A DNA stretch of 64,000 bases from Octopus vulgaris. Its lineage: Eukaryota. The stretch is from assembly GCA_951406725.2 (NCBI GenBank), contig OX597827.1:56916001-56980000 (forward strand), in the 5' to 3' direction. The position numbers and the translations under genes are program-made. The notes beneath the pieces are model-generated. The model was not told the DNA's origin, searched no databases, and saw only the letters and a program-made list of their open reading frames with translations. Positions 1-13,648 of the stretch are shown here, one piece after another; position 1 is the stretch's first letter, and each line of letters opens with the position of its first letter.

Positions 1-319
1 AAACCTCTAAAAGTATTAAATGTAAATGGTAATCCTGTGCCTCTGTGGGACGAAATCTCCATTATAGGGAAAGAAAGAGGAATGGTAAGACAAATGAGAG
101 AACCAGCTCAAAGAGAATGCAAGCAGAAAATCCCATTGTGGATTGCAGTCTAACAGAGCTGGCCTCTGTAAAATAAGCTTAAATACTCTTAAAATTGTCA
201 TATTACTACCATCAGACAGGACCATTAGAACCTACTCGTTTGCAACAAGGCACTCTGCCTGCCCCTTCCTCTTCCTACGTTTCCAACCTTCATCAATCTG
301 TTAAATCCACACAGCTACC

Positions 320-377
320 TCTCTCTCTCTCTCTCTCTCTCTATACATCTAGCTCCCTATCTATTTTTTTGTGATTG

Positions 378-461
<84 letters not shown>

Positions 462-1003
462 CATTCCAGTCTACAAACGCACACACTCACATAACACATA
501 TGTACATATACATGAATATATGCATATACACACATACCCACATGCATGTATCCATACACATGCAAATACAAACACACAAAAACACACACACACATACACA
601 CATGCAGGTATGCATACATACACATATGTAGACACACACACACATACATACATACATACATACATACATACACATGACTGCCAACTAACTAACCTTCCTT
701 CCTTCCTTCTTTCTTTTCTTCCCTCTTTCCTTCCTCCCTCTCTCCCTTCCTTCCTTCCTTCTTGCCTTCCTTCTGTCCTTCTTGCCTTCCTTCCATCCTT
801 CCTTCTTTCCTTGTCCTTCCTTCCTTCCTTCCTTCCTTCCTTCCTTCCTTCCTTATTTCCTTCCTTCCTCCCTCCCTCTCTCCCTTCTTTCCTTCCTTCC
901 TTCCTTCCTTCCTTCCTTCTTTCCTTCCTTCCTTCCTTCCTTCCTTCCTTCCTTCCTTCCTTCCTTCCTTCCTCCCTTCCTTCCTTCCTTCCTTCCTTCC
1001 TTT
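320..1003. repeat. Compound microsatellite (CT)n/(GT)n/(CA,ACAT)n/(TTCC)n
   Basis: Direct reading. Confidence 0.95.
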
Positions 1004-1403
1004 CAAGCAGCATGATCATGACATTGCATAAACAATATACAACGACATCCACCAAAGAAAAAGCGACGGCTCTGGAGTAAATAGAAGAACACTTCTGTTG
1101 TTAAGAACATACGATTCAACAGAGGGAATATTGGTGGAACATTCCTATTAAAACTTCTACCAATTTCAAACAGGCTTGATATAGTTGTTTTGGGACAGAG
1201 AAGAAAAATTATACACAGTTAAAAGTCTCTGCCCTATAAATATACTCTTACTCTTTTTACTCTTTTACTTGTTTCAGTCATTTGACTGTGGCCATGCTGG
1301 AGCACCGCCTTTTAGTCGAGCAAATCGACCCCAGGACTTATTCTTTGTAAGAATTACTGGATACACCAGCTAGTATACATACATTCATACATATATATAT
1401 ATA

Positions 1404-1472
<69 letters not shown>

Positions 1473-1763
1473 CTTAATATATGGATTTAACTAATCCAAT
1501 GGTACTCACAAAAATACTCCTTTAGTGGACTAGGCTACAAAACCTATATATTATTTATTATACACTAAAATAAACTATTTTACTTTGATGTTGACTGTGA
1601 AACAATCTTAATCGTATGGATATCAACTGATGAGATAAATATGTTTATCTCTTACCTCCTGACTTTCTTTATATATTACACATGCACACACACACATGCA
1701 TATACACATATACACATACACAAACACACATTAAATTTAATCCACTTTCCTTTCGTCCTCTAG

Positions 1764-1944
1764 GGAAGTAAGGCAAAGACTTAAGCAAGTTCAAAATGGT
1801 TTGGATAAAATTCAAGAAACAAATGATTTGGTCGACAGAATGAAGAAAGAACTAGTGGCACTTGAACCAGAGTTAAAAGAGAAATCTGCAAACACTATAG
1901 CACTACTTGAAAACTTGGTCGTTGATCAAGATGCAGCAGATAAA
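1764..1944 (+). CDS. DNAH6: Axonemal dynein heavy chain (DNAH6-like), first exon in window; end of AAA4 / start of stalk coiled coil
   Basis: tag|G acceptor and AAA|gtaggt donor. Reads [60 protein letters not shown], matching the recalled dynein 'NGLxKLxETNxxVxxMKxxLxALEP' motif. Not in the ORF track. Confidence 0.88.
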
Positions 1945-3899
1945 GTAGGTATTCAGTGATTTTAGGAGTCGGAATTCTTTGTGATCAAATTGAGACTTTG
2001 AAGAAAGAACTGTTGATCTTTGCTGTTGAACAGTAAATAAGGAGCAGTTGTCATCAGAGCATGGGAAGGCAGTTTGTATTGACTTAGGGTTGTCTGGGAA
2101 TGGGGTTTACTTGTGACTTGTAGTGGTTGTTTAGTTTTTAGTCAATATTGACCAGACGTAGCTATGATTGAAAATGTTCCAGCCACGGCCATCCCGACTT
2201 TTTAGGAGTAGCTATGACTACAGTAACTGAATATGTCTTTCTATTTCATTTATTTATGACTAAAGTTGGTGGCGGTATAAATTTTCAAGCCTCCAGCCTT
2301 GGTGGGTAATAAGGAGACAGTTATCCTTGAACCAGACACATAGACCTAAATGCTTGTAGCAGATTATCTAAAAGTCGAGTGATTATTTTAAACTGGACTG
2401 TGGGTTAAGATTACCAGCCAAGAAAAGAAATGGTCCCTCCAGTCATCTTTTACACAATATTTGTCTACCAAATTTTATTCAAGAGACTTTGGTTGGCTCA
2501 AAGCTCTGATATACTTCATTCAGCCTCAGTACAGCATGGTGCAGGTAAACACAAGACCATGAAGATGCAAATGAACTTCTTAACCTCATATTTACATCTA
2601 AAGATTATAGGGTGTCATTTAAAGGATATTTGCATGCTATTTCTTGCTGATCACAGGATCTTTCAGAATTTCCCACATCTCATTGGGATTTACTTGTCCA
2701 GAATAGGTATAATGTTTATTTTAAACAGAATAGCAATAGGCCAATACAAACCCTGATATATATTTAATGTGGACTGTGAAGGCATGTGGCATAGTGGTTA
2801 GGGTATTCAGTTCACGATTGCAAGGTTGTGAGTTCGATTCCTAGTAGTGTGTTGTGTTCTTGAGCAAGACACTTTTTTTCATGTTGCTCCAGTCCATTCA
2901 GCTGGCAAAACTGAGTATCACCTGTAATTCAAAGTGCCAGCTTTGTCACATTCTGCATCACGTTGAATCTTCTTGAGAACTATGTTAAGAGTATAAGTGT
3001 CTGTGGAGTGCTCAGCCACTTGCACATTAATTTCACAAGCAGGCTGTTCTGCTGATTGGATCAACTAGAACCTTCATCATTGTAACGAATGGAGTGCCAT
3101 GTAAACATTCTGTTTCAAAAGAACTTCAGTGATGGCTAACAGAATATAGTTTTAGTGGTGGCGACCAGTGATGTTTATTGTTCTAGAAGTGTTGGATGGG
3201 TTGTATATTTAAATAAAATGTACATATTGGTTTAGTGAAGGTGCATGGCTCAGTGGTTAGAGCGTCGAGATTATGATTGTGAGGTTGTGAGTTCGAATCT
3301 CGGCCCGGGCTGTGTGTTGTGTTCTTGAGCAAGAAACTTTATTTCACGTTGCCCCAGTTCACTCAGCTGTAGAAATGAGTTGCGACATCAAGGGTGCCAA
3401 GCTGTATCGGCTGTTGTCTTTCCTTTGGATAACACTGGTAAGCATGGAGAGGGGAGGCCAGTATGCATGGGTGACTGCTGGTCTTCTATAAACAACTTTG
3501 CCTGGACTTGTGCCTGGGAGGGTAACTTTCTAGGTGAAATCCCACGGTCAGTAATGACTGAAGGGGGGTCTCAATATATTGGTTTCATGAAGAGCTCATT
3601 ACAAATCTGATATAAGTATGTCACAAGTGAGATTGAGAATTCAACAGAAACCCATCAGCATTCTTTAGAAATTTAGTACAAATTTAAATCACAGCACTTC
3701 AGGAAAGAAAGGCATTAAAGGAAGCAATTCCATGTTATGAAATTAGTTATTTTGAAGAATGTCCAAATAGTGTTTTGAGTTAACTGTAGGTTGCATTGTA
3801 GGAGGCTGAGTCTAAATGTAGTCAAACAACTAATTTCAGTGGCATAGGGGTTACAAGAAATTTAAACAGTTATCATTTTGTATGGTTTTGTTAAGAGCC

Positions 3900-4290
3900 A
3901 TAGCTTCACAAACTAATGGGGTAGCCTGTAAATGGACTGGACATATAGATGTCAGAAGGTACTGGGTTTGGGCTGTGTAATGGATAAGAGACCACTGACC
4001 TGTTCAGCAAATTTGGTGCCAAATTGGCCATTTTAGCTGATTTGTAGCCAAAGTTGCGTGTGGTCATGCATTGTCATGCTGAATATGTATTGTTTTCAGA
4101 TTCTTGTTTAGTCTCTTCTTCTTAATGCCTTTAAACTTCTTCATCAATCTATGTACATTGCTCTTGGCAATAACATCATCTCTGTAAACAACCTGCAATC
4201 GTCTGTGGATGTCAGACATCTTGTACCCTTCCCTTGTCAAGAACTCAGTTATGGCATCTTGCTTTTGCTTACAACTCATTATTTCTCTGC
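3900..4290 (-). mobile_element. Internally deleted mariner relic
   Basis: KQDAITEFLTREGYKMSDIHRRLQVVY..SNVHRLMKKFK joined directly to IQHDNA*PH..YPLHSPNPVPSDIY. Confidence 0.7.
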
Positions 4291-5289
4291 CGCAAAGAAG
4301 AACAAGAAGACTTACTCTACCAACATATGCAATTTGAATTTCCTGTTAATAAAAACATCATGCTTGCTTTTGTGTTATTTTCAGAATAGCACTTGAAATT
4401 CACTCCTGTTTAATATTATCAATGGATGCATGTACTTCTTGTATGCTATTAATTTTCTTTATTTCTATTTTGCATTATTAGACTATTTGTAGAATACATT
4501 ATCATTTTATATATGGCAGTTATTTCATGGAACTATGCTCATCTAAAATTGCCCAGCTAATTGTTTCATTGCCCAGAGTATGCTACTCAGTACCGTACTT
4601 GGTACTAAACCAAACAATACTGTACTTGATACTTCTTTTTTAGTCATACATTACCAAGTTAATGACTAGAATTTTATTTTAATCTGTTGAGGAAACAACT
4701 AGAATTTTCTTCTTTTTTTTTTTTGCATAGAATTTGAAATAGATTCAATTGGAAGTACAATTAATTTTAAAAGTTGACTTTATTCAGTGCAATTTAAATT
4801 TTAATTTACTTAAAACTTGATTTCTTTATTGTAAATTTTGTGAGAGAGATACTACAGGAAGGTTCTTTCTCTGTCTTGTTATCAAAGACACCAATTAGAT
4901 TTTAATTGTTTATAACAGGAAACCACTTTTAAGACAGCCATTAATTGAAAGAATTATTTCTATGGAAATTGTGTTTCAATTAAAATTATCTTCATTAAAC
5001 CAAAAGAAATGTTAGTTAATGACTTCTGTCAGATATTATGCTGGTGTTTTCCTAGAATAAGTATAAAATATGCCATTGCTTTGCAAATAAGCTTTTTATG
5101 CTACAGTGTCTTTAAAATTAATAATGAGGATGCAGTGATAATGATTGTCAACATTTAGTGTAATGTACTTAGACATGGCTTGGAGATGCATGTATGACCT
5201 TCTGTTTAAAGAAGGTTTCTTGATAATTTCATGATTTTGGGTTCAATTCCAACATGCCATTATCTTCTACCAGGGTCTTTGGTTGACCC

Positions 5290-5660
5290 AAATCTTGTGG
5301 TTGAAATTAGTCAAAAACTGTGTAGAAATTCATCAGATGGACTGTATTTGTTCTTTAGTTGTAGACTTTATCTGTAACCCCCAATCATATTATACCCTGC
5401 AGAAAAGTCATTGGCACTGCTCTTCTTCCTCTTGCTAGGCCCCTTAATAACTTAGAAAAGGATAAAGTGACCAAAACCTTATGGTTGAAATTAGTCAAAA
5501 ACTGTGTAGAAATTCATCAGAAGAACTGTATTGTTCTTTAGTTGTAGACTTTATCTGTAACTTCCAATCATATATGCCCTGCAGAAAAGTCATTGGCACT
5601 GCTCTTCTTCCTCTTGCTAGGCCCCTTAATAACTTAGAATAATGGCTCAAGGATAAAGTG
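5290..5660. repeat. ~184-bp tandem duplication
   Basis: ggttgaaattagtcaaaaactg at 5299 and 5483; homology continues through ataacttagaa. Confidence 0.85.
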
Positions 5661-6839
5661 AGATTTTGCTATGAGTTTTGGAAATATTTTCCATCTTCTT
5701 TATATTCATTCCGTTTTACACTTTCCTTTCAAACGTACAGATTTTGGAAACTTATAAAGTTGAAGGTTAGCAAATGTTGTGCTGGAAGTAAATTTTGTTG
5801 GATTATAAAAATAAAAGTAAAGTTCCTCCCCAAGTCATACAGAATCATAGGGGCCAGTTTTCCAGTTTCCATGGTGTATATATATTCCCCACCTAGACAG
5901 GATGCCAGCCTGTTGCAGGATTATTCATTTTTGCCAGCTGAGTGGTTGGAGCAACATGAAATGAAGTGTTTTGCTCAAGAACACAATGTGTTGTCCAGTC
6001 CAAGAATCAAAACCACAATGTTACAATCATGAGTCCAGCACCCTAGCCACTAAACCATGCAACCCCATGTTGTATTATTACTTCTTATAAATTAATATGA
6101 AGAAAGCACCCTTATGGGGGCAGTGGCAAGTGGTCAATACCAACGGCAATATACCATGCTCAAGAAGACCTCTCACACCAAGTGAGATCATAGCTGTGGC
6201 TAATGCTGATGTTTTGTAACAGGCACACTTGCCAGTGGCACATAAAAAGCTCCTGCTGCACTCTTAGCATGGTTGACATTAGAAAGGGCATCCAGTCATA
6301 GAAACCATGCCAAATCAGATTGGAACCTGGTGCAGCTCCCCAGCTTACTAATTTTCAATCAAGCCGTCCAACTCATGCCAGCATGGAAAACAGACATTAA
6401 ATGATGATGATGTGAATGTTATTAAGCATGATAAGCATGCTTTGAGAAAGAAAAGAGCATCAGGCCCTTTGATATTAGAAGGTCTTTTTTAAAATTCTGC
6501 TGGACTGGCCCCTGTGCAGGTGGCACATAAAAAACACCATTTGAGCATGTCCATTGCTAGTACACCCTGACTGGCCCTCGTGTCAGTGGCATGTAAATGC
6601 ATCCACTACACTCTCGGAGTGGTTGGCATTAGGAAGGGCATCCAGCTGTAGAAACTCTGCCAGATCAAGATTGGAGCCTTGTGCAGCCATCTGGTTCGCC
6701 AGTCCTCAGTCAAATCGTCCAACCCATGCTAGTATGGAAAGTGGATGTTAAATGATGATGATGATGATGATGTCTCAGATTGGTGTTTGTGATGTCTATT
6801 ATAATTGACTACCTGTTTTCTGAAATACTTTTTGTACAG

Positions 6840-6965
6840 GTAAAAAAAGATGTAATGGTGAATGAAGCGATTGCGAAACAGAAAGCTGATGAAACAGAAG
6901 CAGTTGCTATGGATGCCCAGCAAGATTTGGATGAAGCATTGCCAGCACTTGAAGGGGCCATACAA
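6840..6965 (+). CDS. DNAH6: DNAH6-like exon 2 (stalk CC1)
   Basis: cag|GTA..CAA|gttagt, 126 nt, phase 0/0. Reads VKKDVMVNEAIAKQKADETEAVAMDAQQDLDEALPALEGAIQ. Confidence 0.92.
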
Positions 6966-7604
6966 GTTAGTATTATCAAGTGTTTTGTTAAAAATTCAGA
7001 TTGTTTTTTTACTATTTTATTAAAGCTGAAAACATCCTCACAAACAGGTGTGACTGTGTAGTAAGAAGTCGACTTTGCCTTTCATCCTTTCGGGGTTGAT
7101 AAATTAAGTACCAGTTACGCACTGGGGTCATTGTAATCGACTTAATCCCTTTGTCTGTCCTTGTTTGTCCTCTCTATGTTTAACCCCTTGTGGGTAATAA
7201 AGAAATAAGAAGCTTGCTTCCCAACTACATGGTTCCTGGTCCAGTCCTACAGCATGGCACTTTGAACAAGTGTCTTCTACTATAGCCTCAGGCCGACCAA
7301 AATCTTGTGAGTGGATTTGGTAGATGAAAACTGAAAGAAACCTGTCGTATGTGTGTGTGTCTTATGTTTGGTTTTGTTCCTCTACCACTGCTTGACAACC
7401 GTTGTTGGTGTCTTTGTGAGCCTGTAACCTAGTGGTTCTGCAATAGAGACCAATAGAAGAAATCCCAGATTTAAAACATGAAAGTACTGGTAGTCGATTC
7501 ATTTGACCAAAATTTCCTCAAGCTGGTGCCCTGGCATGGCCACAGTCTAATGACTGTAACAAAAAATAAAAGACAGTTGTAATCATACTCTTGAGTATGA
7601 TCAC

Positions 7605-7646
7605 AACTGTCTGATGAATGGCAATTTGAAACTCTGATTAACAGTT
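7605..7646 (+). ncRNA. Decayed minimal hammerhead motif
   Basis: aactgt CTGATGA atg-gcaa-ttt GAAA ctc-t-gat TA acagtt. Stem I perfect; stems II and III eroded. Confidence 0.55.
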
Positions 7647-10581
7647 TGTGAAGATTTCTTTCAGCTTTAATAAAGAGTATATTATTCTACCTTTAGTATT
7701 CAAGTACCATTTTGTACCATCATGTTTTACATATATGTGCTTACTTGTGTGATTTCTCTTACTATGTTGTCAATTTTGATATGTAGCCCATTTTGGAATT
7801 TGGGTTTTGCCTAAGGAATTTTTACTGTGTACGATGTGACTAACACTTTTCACACCAGCCTATTTGAGATGCCCCCTGGTTCTATGATATACATTTTCCA
7901 TGATCTAAATTAAAACCTGTAAAAATATCATGTTAATTTATTATATTACAAACACAGCTTAATTGTGACAGAATTATTTTACTAAATTTTTCATTATTTT
8001 CAAAGTTAATTGAAGTCAAGGCGGTGCATTTCAGTAGAAATATGGTAATAAAAGGGGTTAAGTAATTTTGAACAGACAACATTATAAAATTAACCAGTTT
8101 GATGCCCAAGGTTCCACACAGTAGGACTGAACCTGAAGCCATGTGGTTGGAAGCAAGCTTCTTACCACACAGCCATACCTTAAGATATCTGTTTAGCCTA
8201 AGTTGCCCAGATAATTTCTTATCACTCTCACCACTGTAAATGCAGTGAGTCAATGACTACTTCAGCAGAAATTTTTAACTTGATCAATTTTTGATAAAAT
8301 GCAATATAAATTAAAATATAGCAAAATAAATGAATTGTTCATGATAAATCGATTCCTTAATTAAATAAGCATTATTCTGTCAAATGCAATGCTTATTTAT
8401 TAACATTGTTTTGAATTAACCGTGCATTGTCTTGCAGTTTCAATACTTTGATGACATGAATGTTTATTTTTAAAATGACATTATAGAATGGTCAGTTTGA
8501 GGATAAAAATAATTAGAATATTTGGCCTGGATGTGGCTGGTTTAAATGCTAAAGGGTTAATTACAGTAATTTCAGTACTCAACTGTTACTTTGTTGTTTT
8601 CAACTTTGAAAGTGGGGAAAATAAATAAATAAATAAATAAACTGATTGCAGCAAGAATTTGAACTCGGAACATAAAGGTTAGAAACCAAATGCTGCAAAG
8701 CAATTTTGTCTGACACTCAAATTCAATTCTTAAGTGAACGTGTCTCTCTGCACTTTTTCTCTGAGCATGAAGACCAGTCCTGTAGCCATATAAGTAATCA
8801 ATATAACAATTTCAAAGTTAATTTAAAAAATTAAATAAGTAACAAATTTTATTGTATAAATTTAGGAAACTGTTTAAATTTTTTTTTTAAACAATGTGTT
8901 TTACAGTAATTCTTCACAAATGAATCTCTTTGATACACCATTAGCTGAAGCAGCCAAAATAAAATTCAGCACTTGCAAGGGCTTCCTTCTAGATAACATT
9001 GATTTGTTGTTATTGTTTTTAAGTTACATTTCAAACTCATGCTATTTCTCAATTTAATAATCTAACACATCTGGTTTACATTATATATTGACAGAGTGGC
9101 TAACCGGCTTCCGTACCAGTGGCACATAAAAGGCACCATTCGAGTGTGATCATTGCCAGTGTCGCCTTACTGGCACTTGAGCCCTGTGCTAGTAGGGTGT
9201 TAAGAGCACCATCCGAGTGTGATCGTTGCCAGATTGGCTATCTGGCCTCCTTGCCGGTGGCATGTAAAAGACACCATTCAAGCGTGATTGTTACCAGCAT
9301 CACCTTACTGGCACCTATGCATGTGTAAAAAATTCGAGCGAGGTCATTGCCAGTACCGCCTAACTGGCCCTGTGCTGGTGGCACGTAAAAGCACCCACTA
9401 CACTCTCGGAGTGGTTGGCGTTAGGAAGAGCATCCAGCTGTAGAAACTCTGCCAGATCAAGATTGAAGCCTGGTGCAGCCATCTGGTTCGCCAGCCCTCA
9501 GTCAAATCATCCAACCCATGCTAGCATGGAAAGCAGACATTAAACAATCTATTTAGATCTGAGTTAATAATGGTTTCAGATTTTGGTATGAGGCAGGGCA
9601 GTTTCCGGAGTAGAGGCTTAATCAAGTATATGAACCTTACTGCTCAAGCGGTAATTTTATTGACACTTGGAAGGATGAAAGGCAAAGTGACTGCAGTGGA
9701 ATTTGAACTTAGGACACAAAGACCTGGAAGAAATGCATTCTGTTCAATGTACTAGTGATTCTGTCTGCTTGCCACTTTAATTTAAGCTAATAATTCTTTC
9801 TAGTTTTGACATAAGGCCAGCAATTTTGAGGAGGCAGGGGCAGATATTGATGATATCCACTTCAATGCTTAATCCTTAAGTATTCAGATTACTCTGTGAA
9901 ATGTAATGCTTGTTGATTCATGTTGTTTTGAATTAATCATGCATTATCTTGTAGCTTTGAGATTTCAATGATGCAATTCCATAGTTTTAGAATGACATTG
10001 TGTGGGGGATAAGTGTGATGGGCTGAATCTGGCCAGTTTGAACATGAAACAGGGAGACTATTTTGGCCTGATGTGGCCAGCTTAAATGCTAAAAGGTCAA
10101 CTGGTACTTATCTTATTGACCCTGAAAAATTGAAAAGCAAAGTCAACTTTGGTGGGATTTGAACTCAGAATGTAAAGAACTGGAAGAAATGCAGCCAAGC
10201 ATTTTGTCTGATTCTTTGAAAGATTCTGCCAGGTCATTAGCTTAATCAAAATTAAGAATAAAATGTACAAAGCAATAAAACGCAACTTCCTTAACTAGAT
10301 TTAAAGTGGATTGACAAAAAACAAAGTAACAAAATTTTCTTACATAAAGTTCAGTAGAACAAAATAAATTGGGTTTCGTGAGGCCAACAGTACTACTGCC
10401 ATTATGTTCTGAGTTCAAATTCCACCAAGGTCAATTTTGTCTTTTATCCTTTTGGGGTTGATAAATTAAGTACCAGTGAAACACTGGGGTTCATGTAACC
10501 AACTAGTCTCCTCACCCTAAATTTCAAGCCTTGTGCCTTTATTAGAAAGAATTATTATTATTATTATTAATATTATTATTA

Positions 10582-10631
<50 letters not shown>

Positions 10632-10874
10632 ATCATTATTATTATTGTTGTTGTTGTTGTTATTATCAAGGTGGCAAGTATTTCACCTGTTGCTACATTC
10701 TGAGTTCAAATTCAATTGAGGTCAATTTTGCCTTTCATCCTTTTGGGATTGTTAAATTAAGTACCAGTTGCGTACTGGTGTTGATCCAATCAACTGCACC
10801 CCTCCCCTCAAATTTCAGGCCTTGTGCCTATAGTAGAAAGGATTATTATTATTAACATTATTATTATTATTATA

Positions 10875-10909
<35 letters not shown>

Positions 10910-11433
10910 CATAACTTCGTTAAAACAAACCAGACGACCAGTTTTCTCAACAGCATTTATGTTTTCCATTGATATACATTACTGAAAAATGTACACATAT
11001 ATACTGGCATGAAATGTGCTGTTGCATACTTTTCTTCTTCCAAATTCCAACTGCAAGACATTAGTCAGTCTGAGGCTATGGTTGAGGACACTATGATGTG
11101 CAATTGAGGTTGGAATCACATGGACATGGCTGCAAAGTGGATTTCTTAACCAAATAGCAATGCCTCTATTAATACTAACTGTGCTCTAAATTCCTGAGCG
11201 AAACGTCTTTGTCAAGTGGTTTCAAGTGAGATTGTTCATTGGATTGGAAACTATCACCTCAGTATAGATTCATTGTAATCATTTATTAACATTTTGCAAT
11301 GACATTTTATTAAGAGCCAAAGTATTTCATAGTATAGCTATGCCCTAACCACTTATAAGCTGCTTCACTTCATACAACAAAGTCTGATGTTGTTGTTATT
11401 TGACCCCATATCAACCCTGATGAAATAAAAATA

Positions 11434-11875
11434 CAGGGTGTCCACAAAGTATTTAGACAATTTCAAAGAAGCATTATAAAAAATTTAGAAGAGGTGGCAA
11501 CTAAATTTTGCTGCATATTGATGTTATCATAAAAGTTTTTAACCCTTTTGATACCAACCCGGCCAAAACTGCCTCTGGCTCTGTAGTACAAATGTCTTGT
11601 TTTTATAAGTGTTGAATTAAAAATCTTCCACCAAACCTTAGTTACAATTTATGTTCCCAACACTAGCTTAATGATAACTAAGTTCTTTTACTAAATCCTT
11701 TGTTATATTTAAAATTAATTGAATGAAACACAGAGCATCTCAAAATAAATACAGTTATGAAAGGGTTAAATGATATTAATAGTTTTATGAATGCTATGTG
11801 TTTATGTTTCAGACTGCAGTTAATGTAATTTTAATAAATTTTTTCTATTTGTTTAATGATTTTGTGGACACCCTG
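11434..11875. mobile_element. Tc1/mariner-type MITE containing a nested piggyBac-type MITE (11543..11765)
   Basis: TA|cagggtgtccacaaa...tttgtggacaccctg|TA (15-bp perfect TIR). Inner TTAA|ccctt...aaggg|TTAA; a second copy of the inner element is at about 53129..53337. Confidence 0.8.
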
Positions 11876-12120
11876 TATGATGAAAGGATTTCCATCCCAT
11901 CATTTTCCCCTAATACAATGTATTTAGGACTATGTTGTGCAATGTGATTTACCTTTCTTTTCAATTTTAGATGGTGTAATTTTCAGGAGATTTTGTAGCT
12001 GTTTCTAGCAGGTCGAATGAGCACTAGTTGTTCCATCATTAGTATACATAGTTTTCTCTTTCCCTTTCATTTTCCTACTAAAAGGAAAAAGAATGTATCA
12101 TTTAATGTACATTGTATTTA

Positions 12121-12492
12121 AAACAAGGGCACTCAGAGAGTGAAAACCTCTGCCAAGGCAACACCAACGTCCTCTCAGCAATTACCTGGAGAGGATTTTT
12201 AAAATGAGAATATTTGAAATAAACTCAACTGCTCTCACAAAAGAGAATACTAAAAATTAACCTGACCGCTCTCAAAAATTAAGTAAAAAATCCGGAAAAA
12301 TAATCCAGAAACCTTGTTCAGTACCAGATCAATCCCCAAATCCACTTAGTTTGTGCCAGTCATGAGGCCAAATATCCCTGAAAGTTTCATCTGAATCTAT
12401 CTAGCAGTTCTTGAGATATCACAGGCAAACAAGCAAACAAAGAAACACAACTGAAAACAATACCTCTGCCTTTGCTAAGGCAGAGGTAATAA
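12121..12492 (+). mobile_element. Helentron-associated / pearl-like non-autonomous element
   Basis: Subterminal acctctgcc near the 5' end, (CAAA)-like core, terminal hairpin tacctctgcctt-tgct-aaggcagaggta (12461..12488). Confidence 0.55.
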
Positions 12493-12578
12493 GAGCTATT
12501 AATAGTTTCTTGCCATAGAGACTCTCAGATAAGTCAGGTTTATTGATCCTAGTTTAAGAGAACATTTAACTATATGTA

Positions 12579-12630
<52 letters not shown>

Positions 12631-12947
12631 TACAGAAGAGTATGCTTCTTTTTCAGATATATGTTGTGTTCATGTTGAAGGAGTAGATTATATATATATT
12701 GTGAAGGCATGTGGCCTGGTAGTTATGGTGCTGCACTAACAATTGCTAGCTTGTGGGTTCAGTTCCTGGACTGGGCGTGGGGTACATTGTGCTTTTGAGC
12801 AAAACACTTCATTACTAAGCACTTAGTAACTTCTATGCTGGAGTGAGACAGCATGTTCTTTGTCTATCTCCTTAACTTCTTGAAGATTTTAGGTATAATT
12901 ATACTAATGTGTCCATCTGTTCTAATTTAATTAAATCCTATGTCTTT

Positions 12948-13036
12948 GTGCAGCTGAAGATTGCTCTGCATTTTGAATTGATGTAATGATTGCATTGATC
13001 AATTAAATGGAGTTGCATAAAACGATCGTATTGCAT
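12948..13036 (+). ncRNA. Decayed hammerhead motif (GAAA->AAAA)
   Basis: gtgcag CTGAAGA ttgc...gcat AAAA c-gatc-g TA ttgcat. Homologous to 17540..17627. Confidence 0.55.
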
Positions 13037-13154
13037 CACCTCTGGATTTCCTTGTTGCTTATTTTGATTTTAATCACCTTACTTTGAAATTGTATGAATA
13101 ATACTGTATTAAATTCTTGTGCCTCAACCTAAGTACCATATTCATTCTGAATCG

Positions 13155-13209
<55 letters not shown>

Positions 13210-13408
13210 GATAGATAGACAGATAGATAGATATTTATTATATAGGTGTGTGTGTATATATGTGTACACACATAAATGTATATATGTACAGATGTATCAT
13301 ATAACATATATAATAAATATATATATATATATATATATCATTTTGGAGTCTGGGCAAACTGTCCAAACCATGTCAACATAGACAATGGACATTAAAATGA
13401 TGATGATG

Positions 13409-13439
<31 letters not shown>

Positions 13440-13538
13440 GTCTATATATAGTCTATGTGTGTGTGTGTAATATATGAAGCACTAGTTTTCTTTTCCAAAG
13501 TTTCTTTATTATCTGTGACTTAAATTCATTTCTAACAG

Positions 13539-13648
13539 GCTTTAGACGCTCTTGACAAAAGTGACATTGCTGAAATACGTGTCTTCTCTAATCCTCCTGA
13601 ACTTGTCAGAACAGTAATGGAAGCAGTATGCATACTTCTGCATCAAAA
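13539..13648 (+). CDS. DNAH6: DNAH6-like exon 3 (microtubule-binding domain start)
   Basis: cag|GCT..AA|gtaggt, 110 nt. Reads [37 protein letters not shown]. Confidence 0.92.

Noticed and set aside
341-1080. Long ORFs rich in CV/HT/PSFL/KEGR
   Set aside because: Translations of microsatellites; the same applies to ORFs at 20668-21023, 28051-28838, 39535-40129 and 61379-61921.
1595-1651. CTGATGA followed by hairpin gataaa-tatg-tttatc, with an upstream GAAAC..GTA
   Set aside because: No GAAA follows stem II and the alternative topology needs several mismatches. At most an unrecognisable remnant.
3235-3310. tRNA genes at SINE heads (also 17137, 25807, 57811)
   Set aside because: A/B boxes are present but there is no complete cloverleaf, and each continues into a shared SINE body.
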